DNA of 64,000 nucleotides, from NCBI RefSeq assembly GCF_026571515.1, contig NW_026857783.1, forward strand, positions 50,878-114,877. Reading direction: 5' to 3'. The notes under the pieces were generated by a model, which did no database searches, had not been told where the DNA came from, and was given only the letters and a program-made list of their open reading frames with translations. Numbering within the stretch: the first letter of the stretch is position 1; each line of letters opens with the position of its first letter. Below are positions 10,607 through 23,668 of this stretch, piece by piece. Origin of the DNA: Ruditapes philippinarum (taxonomy: Eukaryota). A program made the position numbers and the translations under genes.

Positions 10607-13158
10607 CACGCCCGTTTAACTCACAACGAGTGAAAAATGTCCATCGGTTAAAATGTTGTGAGCAACTGCCGTTCCTCGTTGTGAGCACCCATCTTTGACG
10701 TGTGACACGATAAACAAGGTGAGTTTTTCATATTTTTTTAAGATTACAGACATTTATATAAAATATCGGAATGCAGTTAGCTAGCGATGTGTTTTTCGAG
10801 TATGCACATGTAAAGATATTGCCTGTTGGTCGACAATTTGATGGAAATATCGTGCGACTCAGTCACTCGGGGTAGCTGGAAAACTGGAGATATCTTCTCT
10901 CCGGACCAAATTTAACATCGAAAAACGTCGATTCTGGTGACGTTTTGTGCATTCTAACCTTAAACAGATGCCCACAAGTCTTCAGCGTAAATTATAATCT
11001 GAAAGTCTTCATAGAAACGAAGATATACCCCTTTTTGCTTTAATCCTCGTTGTAGCACCATAACCTCGTTGTGAGCAAGACAAGCGCAGTGCGTGTATGG
11101 TTTCAATATGTATTTCAGATGGTGAAAAATATAATTTTCAATCTACCAAAGCAATTTAAACGTTTTTGCACAGCAGCATTTCCTTGCAAAGACGTTGTGC
11201 ATACCCCAAAGGGAGTATTTATATTAGTTTTGAACTGTCCGTCTGTCAGTCCGTCAATCTGTCCGAAAACTAAACATTGGCCATAACTTCCTTATTAGTA
11301 AACGGATTTGATTCATATTTGAACACAACATTCCTTAGCACAAGACCTTCCTTTACGACCTGTATTTTTTACCTTGGCCCCTGAATGGCCTTACTTGAAG
11401 GTCAAATTGTCCCAAAACTTAAAAATTTGGTCATAACTTCCTTATTAGCATACGGATTCTACTCATATTTTGAAACAACACCCCTTTAGGCAAGACCTTC
11501 AAACTGATCTGTTTTTTTACCTTGTACCCTGAATGACCTTCTAGAACATCCAAAAACTTTAACATTGGTCATAACTTCTTAATAAGTAAGTGGAATTAGT
11601 TCATATTTGGACACAATGCCCCTTTGGACAAGACCTTGTTGAATTCGTGAAGTTGAAATTGTGAATTCATGAAGTTGAAATCGTGAATTCATGAAGTTGA
11701 AATCGTGAATTCATGAAGTTGGAATCGTGAATTCGTGAAGTTGAAGTCGTGAATTCATGAAGCTGAATCATGAATTCGTGAATTCCGTATTTTGAAAACG
11801 GTAATGCACGAAGTTTAAATTGTGAATTCATGAAGATGAAATAGGAAATTCATGAACTTGAAATGTCCCCACCGGTCTTTCGTAATACACACACATGTGT
11901 TTATCCTGAGCTGAAGACTGACCAAGTTATGTAAAACAAGAACTATCACGGTAAGTTGACAATGCCCCTGAAGTGCTGCTTTGTCCTTTGATTTATGGAC
12001 CAGATAGATTATTTGTTTTTGGACAATTAGATCTTCAATGTGAAGGTCATTCAAGGTCAAGGTGAAATAAATATAGGTCAGTTGGAAGGTCTTGTCCAAA
12101 GGGGCATTGTGTCCAAATATGAACTAATTCCACTTACTTATAAAGAAGTTATGACCAATGTGAATTAATTCCACTTACTTATAAAGAAGTTATGACCAAT
12201 GTTAAAGTTTTTGGATGTTCTAGAAGGTCATTCAGGGTACAAGGTAAAAAAAACCAGATCAGTTTGAAGGTCTTGCCTAAAGGGGTGTTGTTTCAAAATA
12301 TGAGTAGAATCCGTATGCTAATAAGGAAGTTATGACCAATTTTTAAGTTTTGGGACAATTTGACCTTCAAGGTAAAGGCCATTCAGGGGCCAAGGTAAAA
12401 AAATACAGGTCCGTAGGAAGGTCTTGTGCTAAGGGATGTTGTGTTCAAATATGAATCAAATCCGTTTACTAATAAGGAAGTTATGGCCAATGTTTAGTTT
12501 TTCGGACAGATTGACGGACTTACAGACGGACAGTTCAAAACTAATATGCCTCCCTTTGGGGTATGCACAACGTCTTGCAAGAAAACGCTGCTGTGCAAAA
12601 ACGTTTAAATTGCTTTGGTAGATTGAAAATTATATTTTCACCATCTGAATTACATATTGAAACCATACACGCACTGCGCTTGTCTTGCTCACAACGAGGT
12701 TATGGTGCTCACAACGAGGATTAAAGCAAAAAGGGGTATATCTTCGTTTCTATGAAGACTTTCAGATTATAAGTTACGCTGAAGACTTGTGGGCATCTGT
12801 TTTAGGTTAGAATGCACAAAACGTCACCAGAATCGACGTTTTCAATGTTAAATTAGGTCCAAAGAGAAGTTGTCTCCAGTTTTCCAGCTACCTCGAGTGA
12901 CTGCGTCGCACGGTATTTCCATCAAATTGTCCACCAACAGGCAATATCTTTACATGTGCATACTCGGAAAACACATCGCTAGCTAACTGCATTCCGATAT
13001 TTTTATATAAATGTCTGTAATCTTAAAAAATTATAAAAAAACTCACGTTGTTTATCGTGTCACACGTCAAAGATGGGTGCTCACAACGAGGAACGGAAGT
13101 TGCTCACAACATTTTAACCGATGGACATTTTTCACTCGTTGTGAGTAAAACGGGCGTG
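10607..13158. mobile_element. Large foldback (FB-like) element: ~1.03/1.07-kb inverted arms (10607-11637; 12088-13158) around a 450-bp spacer holding a 22-bp minisatellite
   Basis: The arms are near-identical reverse complements from 'cacgcccgtttaactcacaacgagtgaaaaatgtccatcgg' to its rc 'ccgatggacatttttcactcgttgtgagtaaaacgggcgtg'. Each arm has 3 copies of a ~150-bp subrepeat ('ggccataacttccttattag..'), a (gaca)-like tract and many 'ctcacaacgag' mini-palindromes. The spacer 11641-11866 is (gtgaattcatgaagttgaaatc)n with EcoRI sites. ORFs 10483-10698, 11071-11286, 11815-12099 and 12436-12621 are spurious. Confidence 0.9.
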
Positions 13159-15059
13159 TTATTTGCCATTTTGTATTATTTTGTATGTATGTACTGTTTT
13201 ATGTTGTCACATGCCCATATGGGCCCTGACGTATTCAAATAAACCTTTAAACCTTGAATTGAAGAGTTGTCTCTCTTTACTTTTAAGTGCTCATAATTCC
13301 GACCGAGATAAAACGCGGCTTAAGTGTTCGGTAATAGGTGCACCCGCTCTAACATCTTATAGTAAACTTAAAAATTTAAGCACATTTCTTCTTTTTCTTT
13401 CGAAGGCGTCCTACAATTTTCAACCACTGGAATTTCGCAAAAATGTAAACGCTTTTAGCTGAGTTAGATGATTATATGACTATTAGCATAGTTGCTACTT
13501 TCATATATTAATTATTCAAGTTTTAATGCATATATTCATATAATGAATAGTTATTTTACTGAAAGCAACGCTATACTATCGTTAAAAGGCGTGTCTAAGA
13601 AGAAGCAAGCCATGGCGTTAACCTATCTTCAATAATAAATCAATTAGTTGAATATGTTTTATAATGTTACATTTTAAAAACAAATTTCCGGCTCCGTTGA
13701 AAACAACTTTAACACTTTAAAATCTTGCAAAAAAATTCAAAGCGATTAAAGCATTAAGCATCGTGCACTATCAACAGAAAATGCTGTTTTATCTTATTTT
13801 TTTTAATTGAAAATCCGTCGTGCGTTTTTGTACCTGATCTCATTAACATCAATTACTCTACTTAAAAACAAAAGCACATTAAATCAATCAGTAAAAGTGT
13901 AAGGGAAGTTAAAGTAAAAATAAACAAGAATTTATAGGAAACAAATTCACTGCAAAAACATTACATCTTTACGTAAATTAAAGAAGCATGTGCTTTGTAG
14001 TTTTGTCATTTTCGTCTGTACTTTCATTTGTTTCAAACTCATTTCAAAAACATTTACCATTAACTGTTAACTGCAATTATATGAAAAATAAATAATTTGT
14101 CTAAAATATACACATTGTATTCATTTTATGATAGCGAAAAAATAATATTGAAAAATAATGGATATTGAATTTTCAATCAATGATTGATATTCTTTAAACA
14201 GGTAGTGTAAATTATCACCATTTTTCTGGGTTTTTTTTACGTTGTCAACCTATTGCCTTTTGTTTTGTTTACAAGGCTTGCCTCGCTGCGATATAGGTGT
14301 AGGTGTGAGTTGTAATGTAATATATTTGAGGGAAATGCTTTACTTAACGATTCTATCGTTTGCTGCTAGTAATCTTTACGTTTTGATATAATTACCCTTA
14401 AATTTATTTTGGTAAGCCACCATCAAACTAATTCGAAATTATTTGTGCTCTAGAATTATTACAATAGATGAAGTGCGTCGTGGTAAACTGAATAATTAGT
14501 TAATTAGTATGCTATCGTATTCTAATTAATTTATCTCTATACCCAATCACGTAAAATATCACACTTATCAATTAGATTGATAGATCAATTTAGCTTCAAC
14601 ATAAACATGTACAGTTACATGGTAGATAACATTTTAATGCATCAACAAAACATTGGACTATAAAAAGCTCATGTCAATCAAAGTTATATGTTTTCAACAA
14701 AAACACACAAAAAGAGTTAGGAAAACGTATTTTCCCAACGTGGTTTTTGTTTGATATAGGAAGATAGGCAATAAAGAATGATATCATCGCCCAAGAAATG
14801 ATAATGTTAAGCAGTGATACGTCTGTTATTTCTAAAGTTGCACATTCGGTTTATACATAACAGATTATGTAGAGTTCAGCACTCCTCTTCCCATCGGCTC
14901 AATTAGAGTAAAATGTAAGGTAATTGAAGAAAACAAACAACTGCTTAAACAACTTGTTTGTAATGTAATTTAATAATTACAAAGAGTATTTGTTCTAACA
15001 TATGTTTTTTTGTTTTATCTATGTAAGAACTTTGTTCTTAATTATCTAGAAATGAACGC

Positions 15060-15780
15060 TTGTGACGAATCACCACGAACGTCATGACAATATGAGCCGC
15101 GTCATGACAAAACCAACATAATGGGTTTGCGACCAGCATAGATCCAGACCATCCTAAAACAATTATTTCGTAAATTTGGTAATTGTTTAAAGGAACATTA
15201 TGCCTCAGAAATGATTTTATTTCTATTTCTCTAATCCTTTATTTTTGGTGTTCTGTTTAGTGTTTCTTCAAATGTACTCGTAGGCATATTACTGGACTGT
15301 CTTTTACTACTGCTGCTTTTTGGCAATTACTATTATTTTAATTTTAGTGACTTAGTATTTGGTATGGAAGTCAAAATACTACTTTGTTATCATTTTGCTA
15401 CTTTTATGACAAATAATTTCACTTTCATTGTACTTCTACAGTGAAATGCATCTATATGCTTTTAAACCGTTACTAGTATTTAATCCTTACAAAACTAGTG
15501 TTTACCCTTTCTAAAGAATGGAAAGTATATTCCTTTCTAAGGCAAAATGTGTCTTTAATAAAACAGAAATAAACGACACGATATACACTTTAATCTTTAG
15601 TAAACTCTCCAAAATAGATATAATTAAGCAGATGATTTTTAAATAACAGATGCTGTAAGATGCAATAAATCTTCGTTTGATTTCTAAACGAACGCGTGGT
15701 ATAGTAATTATACTGTCTGACAACAAATCAAAGGGCTGCAAGTACTATTCTCTTCTACTAAAATTACAAATATTTTCGGG
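15060..15780. repeat. Paralogous block A: the uninterrupted copy of the sequence at 27040-27235 + 29010-29420
   Basis: Long near-identical stretches, e.g. 'ggtatggaagtcaa[a/c]atacta', 'gaaatgcatctatatgcttttaaaccgttactagtatttaa', 'aaacgaacgcgtggt[a/g]tagtaattatactgtctgac'. Copy B is split by ~1.77 kb of LINE sequence. Confidence 0.85.
15093..15150. mobile_element. Hairpin-MITE family, truncated copy (left arm only)
   Basis: 'gagccgcgtcatgacaaaaccaacataatgggtttgcgaccagcatagatccagacc' matches the left arm of the full copies at 29715-29931 and 61083-61289. Confidence 0.7.
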
Positions 15781-16139
15781 GTAAGAGTTTAAAGCAGCAT
15801 ACTTCTAGATTCCTGCTAATTCATGCGTTAGTCAATAGTCATACTATAGAAATATGTTGATGAATTCTGCAAGATCAGTTTTTATCGCAGATAACTTGTA
15901 AAATCATAATTTGAATGTTTTAATCCTTTTATCTTTTTTTTTAATTCTTAGTACATTTTCCTCATGCTTGATTTTCTTGAAATATTTTTCGCTCATATGG
16001 AGGCATGCAGCTTTAAACCAAGGCCCGGTATATGCCATGTTGTACACTTCAATAAAACTTGCATATTTATGGATGTATCTTGGACTTTTTTCCGATGAAA
16101 ATGATACTTATATCGGTCAAACGAATTAGATTGATCCCA

Positions 16140-16640
16140 TGTATTTTCTAACTTTAATTTCGTAGGATCATCTACGAGCAAACATAAGAATGTCACTGAG
16201 CCATCGTATTTTCAGCACCTACTGTACAATCGACCATCCAACACACAAAGGGTTCTCTCGATTTTAAATAATGTATTGAAGAGTGTTGAAAATATTTAGA
16301 GGATATTTATGGTGGCTGATTTGTGCCATTCGTTTTTCGCCTGTGTCTCCGCTAAGCGAAAGTTAAAATTGCGGGGGAGCGGAGCGAAAACATGCTAATA
16401 AGCGGGCGCGGGGGAGATAAAAACATTACCGAGCATAAAGCAACTAATGTGATGTAGATATTCAAAAAGCTATATCAATAAATAAATACCATTGAAATCA
16501 ACCAAAAGGTACTACTTGCAAATATTATTCATAATAAAACTTCTAAGTATTTTGGATAATTGAACTTTGGAAGCATCAGTGTCAACAATATCATCTAAAA
16601 TAATACTATACATGTATATATATAATTTATGGTCAAGAAC
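16140..16640. repeat. Paralogous block A': copy of 30890-31740
   Basis: 'gtcactgagccat(t)cgtattt', 'ggatatttatggtggctgatttgtgccattcgttttt(t)cgcctg', 'aaagcaactaatgtgatgtagatattcaaaaagctatatcaataaataaatacc' are shared. Copy B carries an extra ~295 bp at 31200-31495 flanked by a duplicated 'aat[ac]aa[gt]cg' motif. Confidence 0.8.
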
Positions 16641-17663
16641 AGTGTTTAAAAAGACATCATAAGTAGCGGTAAACAAAATGATTCGATGATATTAACGACA
16701 AAAAAAAGGTATCAAATACCAGTAAGGTTAACTGGCGGTTAATTAATTTATTAAACAGCAGTTTCAAATCAGAGATGAGGTGGAAAGGTTGTTACAGAAA
16801 AAAGAATAGTAATTTTATCCCCTGTTAAGAAATCTGTTCACGATTTTGAACTTGCTAACTTGATGCAATATGAACACACAAAAATTGCTGTGACTCTATA
16901 TTCAGAGAAAATCATTTTTTTTCAGTGCCTGGTGTTTATCTTTTCATTTTCTCTTTCAAGAGTAGCTTTCTACTCTACTTTTTTAGGTTAAAATAATTTT
17001 ATACAGTGGCAAATATGTATCACACAAATCTAATAACAACCATTTTTTGAATTTGCAATGACATCTAAATTGGAAAGGTGAACACAATATAATATACCTA
17101 CATTTTAAATATTTTTAAAAGATACCATTTACAATATTCTACGTAATTGCGGTTTATTTTAGTATAATCCATACTGAAATGCTTTCATGGTCATTAAAAA
17201 TGTTTTTTTTTAAAACAATTTCTACTGATATGTAGATGCTCAGTTAGCTTAATTAAACAAACACGCCTAAAATCAACGAAAAGGTATTACTTACAGATAG
17301 TAGTCATAGTAACTTCTTAGCCTTTGGAGGCATCAGTGTCAATAATCTTTTACTGAAATGATACTTTATGGCATTTAGAAATATTTTAGGATAACTATTA
17401 CATTTTTTTACGATCAAGCACAACATATAAATGTCATCATTAGGTGACTGTAACAGTAAACAAAATATACGGTGATAATCAACAAAGAAATATGGTATCA
17501 AATTCCAAAAGAAAGTTCAGGACAAGGTTGACTACCGGTTAATTAGATATATAGATAAATTAAAAATGCGATATCAAATCGAAGATGAGGTGGTTTGTTT
17601 TAGACTGTATAAATATGAAATCTCACATACTTATATTTTACTTAAAACTTTGCGTTTAACAAA

Positions 17664-19058
17664 ATGGAAGTTTTACAGCTATTCTTTTATTTTAGGTGTG
17701 TTCTCATAGTGAAAGGACTTAACAACATGCTTACTAATGAATCGTTATCAAATTACAACAATTCAGATCTAGTGTCTACTTTGATAGCAGAACAAAGTCG
17801 AATCTGCCCTTATATTGCTTTGTGTCATGCATCAAACAGCTCTTCTTTTCAATTTGATAGATCTATGAGCAAATTACCGTGCTGCAAGGCATGTTCGTGT
17901 CAGGACACTTGTGTTCAAGAAGGTTCTTGTTGCCCGGATTATTTCAATGCAGAAGGTATAGATTTTAAGGAAAACCAGACATCACATGATAATAATAAAA
18001 AACCTGTTAGTGCCAGTGCTAACACGACGTTAACACATACACAAGAATGTGTTAAAGTACAACATGGTCGAATACAAAATCAAGACGGTTACATGATGGT
18101 AGCATCATGTCCACCCAACTTTGACGACATTGAAGTAAAAAGGAAGTGTGAAATGAAGATACATCATAGCAACCCCTTCGACATAATTGACAACGTCCCA
18201 GTAACATACGAAGATCAAAGACAAACATATAAAAATCAATACTGCGGACAATGTAACTTGCAAGAAGATGTATTTCCTACATTTTGGCATGTAACGCTCG
18301 TGTGTGATATACATTACTTTTCTTTCAAGTCCATTTCCGCGGTTAATCAATTTGAATTCATAGAGGCCGTTCTATTTACAATGCCTGGGAAGTGTAACGT
18401 AGTCTTTGAGTATGAAACTACAAATATCAGCTTAAATGCAGAACTTCGACAGTGTACATACGACACAATGATCGATAACTGCATCAAAGAACATTCGAAC
18501 ACCTTTCTTCAAACAATGTGCAAGAACTATTTCTGGACTATTACGGTGCAAGTCATTTCTGAAAGAAAAATATACAAAAACTATGCATGCCTGCTCTGTA
18601 ATGAAATAAGCTTCAGGGATAGATGTACAGTAAACCAAGAACTCAAACCAGTTGTTATTCAATTTACATCTATTTTGAACATCACTCGGAAACCATCAAC
18701 TTTCGTCGATACTTCGAAAGATGAACAACATATTATCAATCGTTATTTTCCAAACACAGACGGGGAAATTCGCTGCAAAAAAGGATTCGCACATGATATT
18801 AGAAAGGTATTGAAAATAAAAAAAGTTGTATCGAGTATGTCTTTGTACCCATTGCTTTATTCAACAAACACTTTTGTTATGATTATGAAAATACCCGGAA
18901 CTCCATTAAAGTATGCTATTTTACGTGGCGTCCTGAGTCAGGCTTATTGTTTTTCTCGTTTAGGGCACACGCTTTTTATTACTTGGGGACCTTACGCCGC
19001 TTTTCATGGAATGGCACGGAAGTGTCACATTGAAGGTTCCATGATAACCACCGTATGA
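17664..19058 (+). CDS. Uninterrupted 464-codon ORF for a cysteine-rich (27 Cys) protein with N-terminal hydrophobic leader and a somatomedin-B-like motif (CCKACSCQDTCVQEGSCCPDYF). Probably a large exon or single-exon gene for a secreted/extracellular domain
   Basis: It is the longest ORF in the window, and 1.4 kb without a stop is very unlikely by chance at ~66% AT. The C-x-C-x3-C-x5-CC-x-D-Y spacing matches the SMB domain pattern, with N-glycosylation sequons and a hydrophobic C-terminal stretch. Antisense ORFs 18105-18350 and 18432-18662 are spurious. True start and possible splice exits (e.g. AAAG|GTATTG near 18806) are unresolved. Confidence 0.5.
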   Translation: MEVLQLFFYFRCVLIVKGLNNMLTNESLSNYNNSDLVSTLIAEQSRICPYIALCHASNSSSFQFDRSMSKLPCCKACSCQDTCVQEGSCCPDYFNAEGIDFKENQTSHDNNKKPVSASANTTLTHTQECVKVQHGRIQNQDGYMMVASCPPNFDDIEVKRKCEMKIHHSNPFDIIDNVPVTYEDQRQTYKNQYCGQCNLQEDVFPTFWHVTLVCDIHYFSFKSISAVNQFEFIEAVLFTMPGKCNVVFEYETTNISLNAELRQCTYDTMIDNCIKEHSNTFLQTMCKNYFWTITVQVISERKIYKNYACLLCNEISFRDRCTVNQELKPVVIQFTSILNITRKPSTFVDTSKDEQHIINRYFPNTDGEIRCKKGFAHDIRKVLKIKKVVSSMSLYPLLYSTNTFVMIMKIPGTPLKYAILRGVLSQAYCFSRLGHTLFITWGPYAAFHGMARKCHIEGSMITTV

Positions 19059-19122
19059 ACACATCTGCGGATGTTTCTAAATTTAAAATTTTACTATTTC
19101 ATGTTTAAATGTTGAATTCTGC

Positions 19123-19262
19123 TTAAGCCGCTGCTAGGGGGCGTGGACGGTAACTTGCACTTTCCAGTACCGTCCATGAACAGGCTCAATCAAACCGAGC
19201 CTGCAACATTTTCAATTTTGCCGTGTTGGGCTTTCTTTAGGGATTCTGTATTTATCTATTTT
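19123..19262 (-). mobile_element. Second full copy of the hairpin + CTAG interspersed repeat
   Basis: About 95% identical to 4309-4437, with a few extra 5' bases ('gcttaagccgctg') shared with the rc copy at 46700-46712. Confidence 0.6.
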
Positions 19263-22083
19263 ATTAAAGAAAGTGCAACGACTGCGTGTGCACACGTGAT
19301 ACTCTACGTAAATGCATGATTTTGTCTCTGCTAATGTATACGTGCGTGCGTACTACTTTTTATGCATGCAAGAATATAGTTCATTTCATGACTTAGAAAA
19401 ATCATATATAGAAAATTATTCTTTTAATGTAATAATGCAATATTTTTTATCATTTTTCTTGTCTCATATACAACATTTTACAATAATTCTAATGGTATAC
19501 CAAAACAGTATACACTGTTGGGCTTTTCAAATTACTGATTATCCCATTAAACTATTATGATTACTGGTATATACCTTAGATGCATTGTTTTTAATGTAAC
19601 AAAATGCTAATAGGCCTGTTTTCCGACTTTCCAAACGCGATTCAAAACAATAAACGGACATTTACTTCAACATTTTACCCGTTCCTGTTAAATAAAGAGG
19701 TCATGATACACATTTGTCTTTTCAATACTAAGTTTATTTGACGGCACCTCGGCCATTATAAGTGATAAAGTTGTTTGTCTACTACTCCATTTCTATTCAG
19801 TATAGTACTCAACAATATATAATAACAGCAGTAAGCAGTCAATGGTATATTAGGTATTATGCATTTTTTAAAACTTATTCCAATTAGTTTGGGAACTTTG
19901 AACCTCTACGTAAACAAATCTTGTTAAAACACCGACACAGCAAATAACAACAAAAAAAACAAACATTGTATCATAGATGAAACTGATCAACGTTTACGGT
20001 AAACACGTAACCTATTGATCATGCATAAAATGCAAGTCTTATTCTTATAGATTAAGCGTCATTGAAATTGATAAAATGTAATATTAAGCTAGCATTAGTG
20101 TAATGGTTGGGTTATATATTTATCCACAACTGACTTTTTAATTGTAGGATGTATGCCGACAACTTTTCATAATTTTTCTTCTTTTCAAGATAGTATATGA
20201 CACTTTTTTTCAAGTATTGGGAAATTTCACCATCCAATTTAAATTGTTAATTTTCAGTGCCACTACCCCTTTTGCACATTTGTAAGGAATTATTTTTGGA
20301 TATGAAATAATTTTGTTTCTGGTAGAAATTACCTATGTTTTTGCTTTTATTTGGGGCCGATACTATTTTAAAAAAGTGATTTTAAGTAACAAGTGACCAT
20401 TTTTCTTTACATCTTTTGTCATCTTGAAAAACAAATCCATGCGCATAAAAGAGGCCCCCTTTTCACAGGCTCAAAAATGGCACATCTTTTCTAACAACTA
20501 AAACAATTTTTTAAATGTAGGTAATCTAATAAGACTTAAATCAAAAGCATCTTCAGATATATTGCAAATAGTCTTGTAAAGTGTCAAAAATAGAAACCAA
20601 GAAGAACTTTCTCCATTAGTAAAAGGTCAGAAATTATGTCATAAATTGCATAAAACGTTAATCTATAGTATATAATAATAATATGCATGAGATTTTATAA
20701 ATATTTTTGTGTGAAACGCACTGTATTTGAAGACAATTTAATGAAAGTGTATAAAACTATATATTCTGGTGCCAGTTGTGAAAAAACTTTTGAGTTTTGA
20801 AAAAGGATACAAATATGAAAGAAATTAGTCAATATATTTTGGATGGTAAAAAATCTTCCATAAATAGCAAAATAATACTTTATTATGGAATATTTTAATA
20901 TGTTTGTATACAATAAACTATATGTGTTTTATGACACAGACATTTTTTCTAAGAACTCGTTTTAGAAACTACTGCAAGATTATTGAAACATCATAATTTG
21001 AATGTAAAAATATTTCATTAGGTAAAGCTTATTTATTGTACCAATTAAATAAAATAAAAATAATAAACCTCTCAATTATTTGATTCAATATTGATATCAA
21101 AGTTTAACCCGTCAAATATATGTAAAAAGCTGAATATCAATGAAAGCAAAGTTATTTACTAGATTCTGTCAAATATGATACTAATGTCGTTGAAAAAAGT
21201 ACTCACTGTGGCATATAATGGAAAAAAGACGTTTAAAAATGTCTAGCTTGTCATCAAATTAAAAGAAAGAAAGGCAGTGTTTAACATTGTCCTAAATTTA
21301 TTTATCGGTTGTTTTTATATATTTTTTTCTTTTCTTATCTTGAATTCTGAAATACTATACCCATAAGATATGTAAAATTATATTTTACTTCAAGGCAATA
21401 AGGTATGCTATAAAAGACATTTCATACCACATTAGAAATTTCTTCCTTACCTAGATACACAATCCAAATCAATAAAAACATTGTGCGTCCTACTGCAATA
21501 ACATTGCCATCATATGTGTAATAATGTGTTCCGATTATACACGATTTCTCTTTGTTCCTATTACAGATTGTAAAAGTAAATAAAATTATTCAAAATATCT
21601 TAAACATTTAAGTTAATAACGTATAAAGTTAATCAGGAAGAGATATGCAAGGTTGGCGTAAATGATATCTGTAAAATCATAAATACTAGTAAAATGTGTG
21701 CGTTATTCAAAACGTGATATAAATTTTGATTAAGATTGTAAATTCAATTCTTATTTAGCTTTTTGAAGAGATCTTGAATACTCGTTTATCATTGACATAA
21801 CTGATAAGGGCGATAAATCATGCATCGGAAGAGCATTTCAAAAAAGATCAAGTTGGACTGTGGGAGAGATTCAGAATAAATATAATTCAGAAACTAATTA
21901 AGCAGTGTTATCACCAATGTGGTTTATAAAACACATTAAATTTTAATATGTTTTTTCTTGTTTTTTCCTTTTTTGTCATTTTTTCAGTTTTGTTTACAAA
22001 AATAGTTAATTACAACTTTTTACTTACTCCTTTCTACGAAAGCCTAATAATATCAAATAAAACAAAAAATAAAAATGCAAAGG

Positions 22084-23668
22084 AGTTATAACGCGTCTAA
22101 AGGCGTTATTATGCGAATCAAAAGGCAAAATTACGCGAAACAAAAGGTGTGATAACGCGAAAAAAAGCGTAACAACGGGAATAAAGGCGAAGTAACACGA
22201 ATATAGGCGTTATAACGCGAATCAAAAGGCATGCTTACGCGAATCAATGCGTAATAACGCGAATAATTGCATAGTAACAAATAAAGGCGTTATAACGCAA
22301 ATCAAAATGTGTATTAATGCGAATAAAAGCGTTATATCGCGACTCAAAAGGCGTAATAACGCGAATGAAAAGGCAAAGTAACGCGAATAAAAGCGTAATT
22401 ACGCAAATAAAGGTGTAAGTATGCGAAAAAGGACGGAGTTACGCGAATAAATGAGTAGTATCGCGAATAAGGGAGTTGTAAGGCGAACCAAAAGACGCAA
22501 TAACGCAAATTAAAACGCATTATAACGCCAATTTAATACCGTATTTATACTAATCAAATGGTCCAATAACGTGAGAAAGGAAGAACAATATTGATCTGAT
22601 TTTTTTGCTCAAGATATAAACTACTGTATAATAACATAATATACATTAATAATAAATATTATTCTATTTGCACAGTAATAATGTAAACTATTTGTCATAC
22701 ACTAATGAAGACTATGTGAGATTTGTCAATATAATGTGACATGGTGACTCATGGGTCCATTAGGCTCGAAATAAATACAGTTACTCTAAATTCACATGTA
22801 TCACATCATTGATTTTACACATGTCACTATTTTATATGTGGGTCATAATTATGTTATTATCTACGGATATGTCCTGTATAATAACCTAATAACCTGTAGT
22901 ATCTTCTCATTATGTGGTTGTCGCTCCTAATACAGTTAAAGGTAATAGGCTATAGGTAAGGAATTGGAAGAAACGTTAGGTATAAGTAAGTCACATAAGG
23001 AATGAAATTGTATCTTAATTATTGAAATGGTGATAATGTTTCGGTTAATTCAGTTAAAATCATAAGTCATAGGGGCCATTGTTTTCTTTGTCTTTGTAGA
23101 AAAGTATCGACTAGTTGGCTTTGAAGAAATGTATCTAATAGTTGGGTGATAGTTAATCACTTATTTGGTAAAAGTCTTTCCTAATAAGAGATTAATAATC
23201 AGACTGTGGTATTAGGACGTATCCGTGAAGAATTGAAAATAAAACGCAAATCTTGATCAATTCACTTAGATCAGCATTGTTCTTTCTTTTTTACATTACC
23301 AGGCAACTTATAATAATTTATATGGTATTGAATAAGTGTTATAACGCCTTTCGTTTTGCGTTATTTCGCATTATTTCGGTTCGCGTTATAACGATTTTAT
23401 GTTCGCGTTATAACGGCTTTGGTTTCGTGTTATAACGCCTTTTAATTCGCGTTATAGCGTCTTTTTTTTTTGCGTTATTTAGCCTTTTGATTCGCGTAAG
23501 TACGCCTTTCGATCAACGTTATAACGCTTTTGTATGCGTTATAACGCGTTAATACACCTTTTGATGCACGTTATTACGCTTTTTTGGTTCTCGTTAATAC
23601 ACCTTTTTTGCGTAACTACACCTTACGCCCTTATTTCGCGTTATTACTCCTATTTGCGTTATAACGTC
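22084..23668. repeat. Foldback-like structure: two inverted arrays of a ~15-bp minisatellite (22084-22540 forward; 23337-23668 reverse) around an ~800-bp spacer
   Basis: The forward arm is (aaaggcgttataacgcgaatc)n-like. The reverse arm is 'gcgttataacgcctttcgttttgcgttatttcgc...'. ORFs 23253-23435 and 23534-23941 are translations of the repeat. Confidence 0.85.

Noticed and set aside
12436-13462. ORFs 12436-12621, 13048-13242, 13163-13462
   Set aside because: They lie in the foldback right arm or its AT-rich flank. The left-arm mirror ORFs (10483-10698, 11071-11286) show they are repeat-derived.
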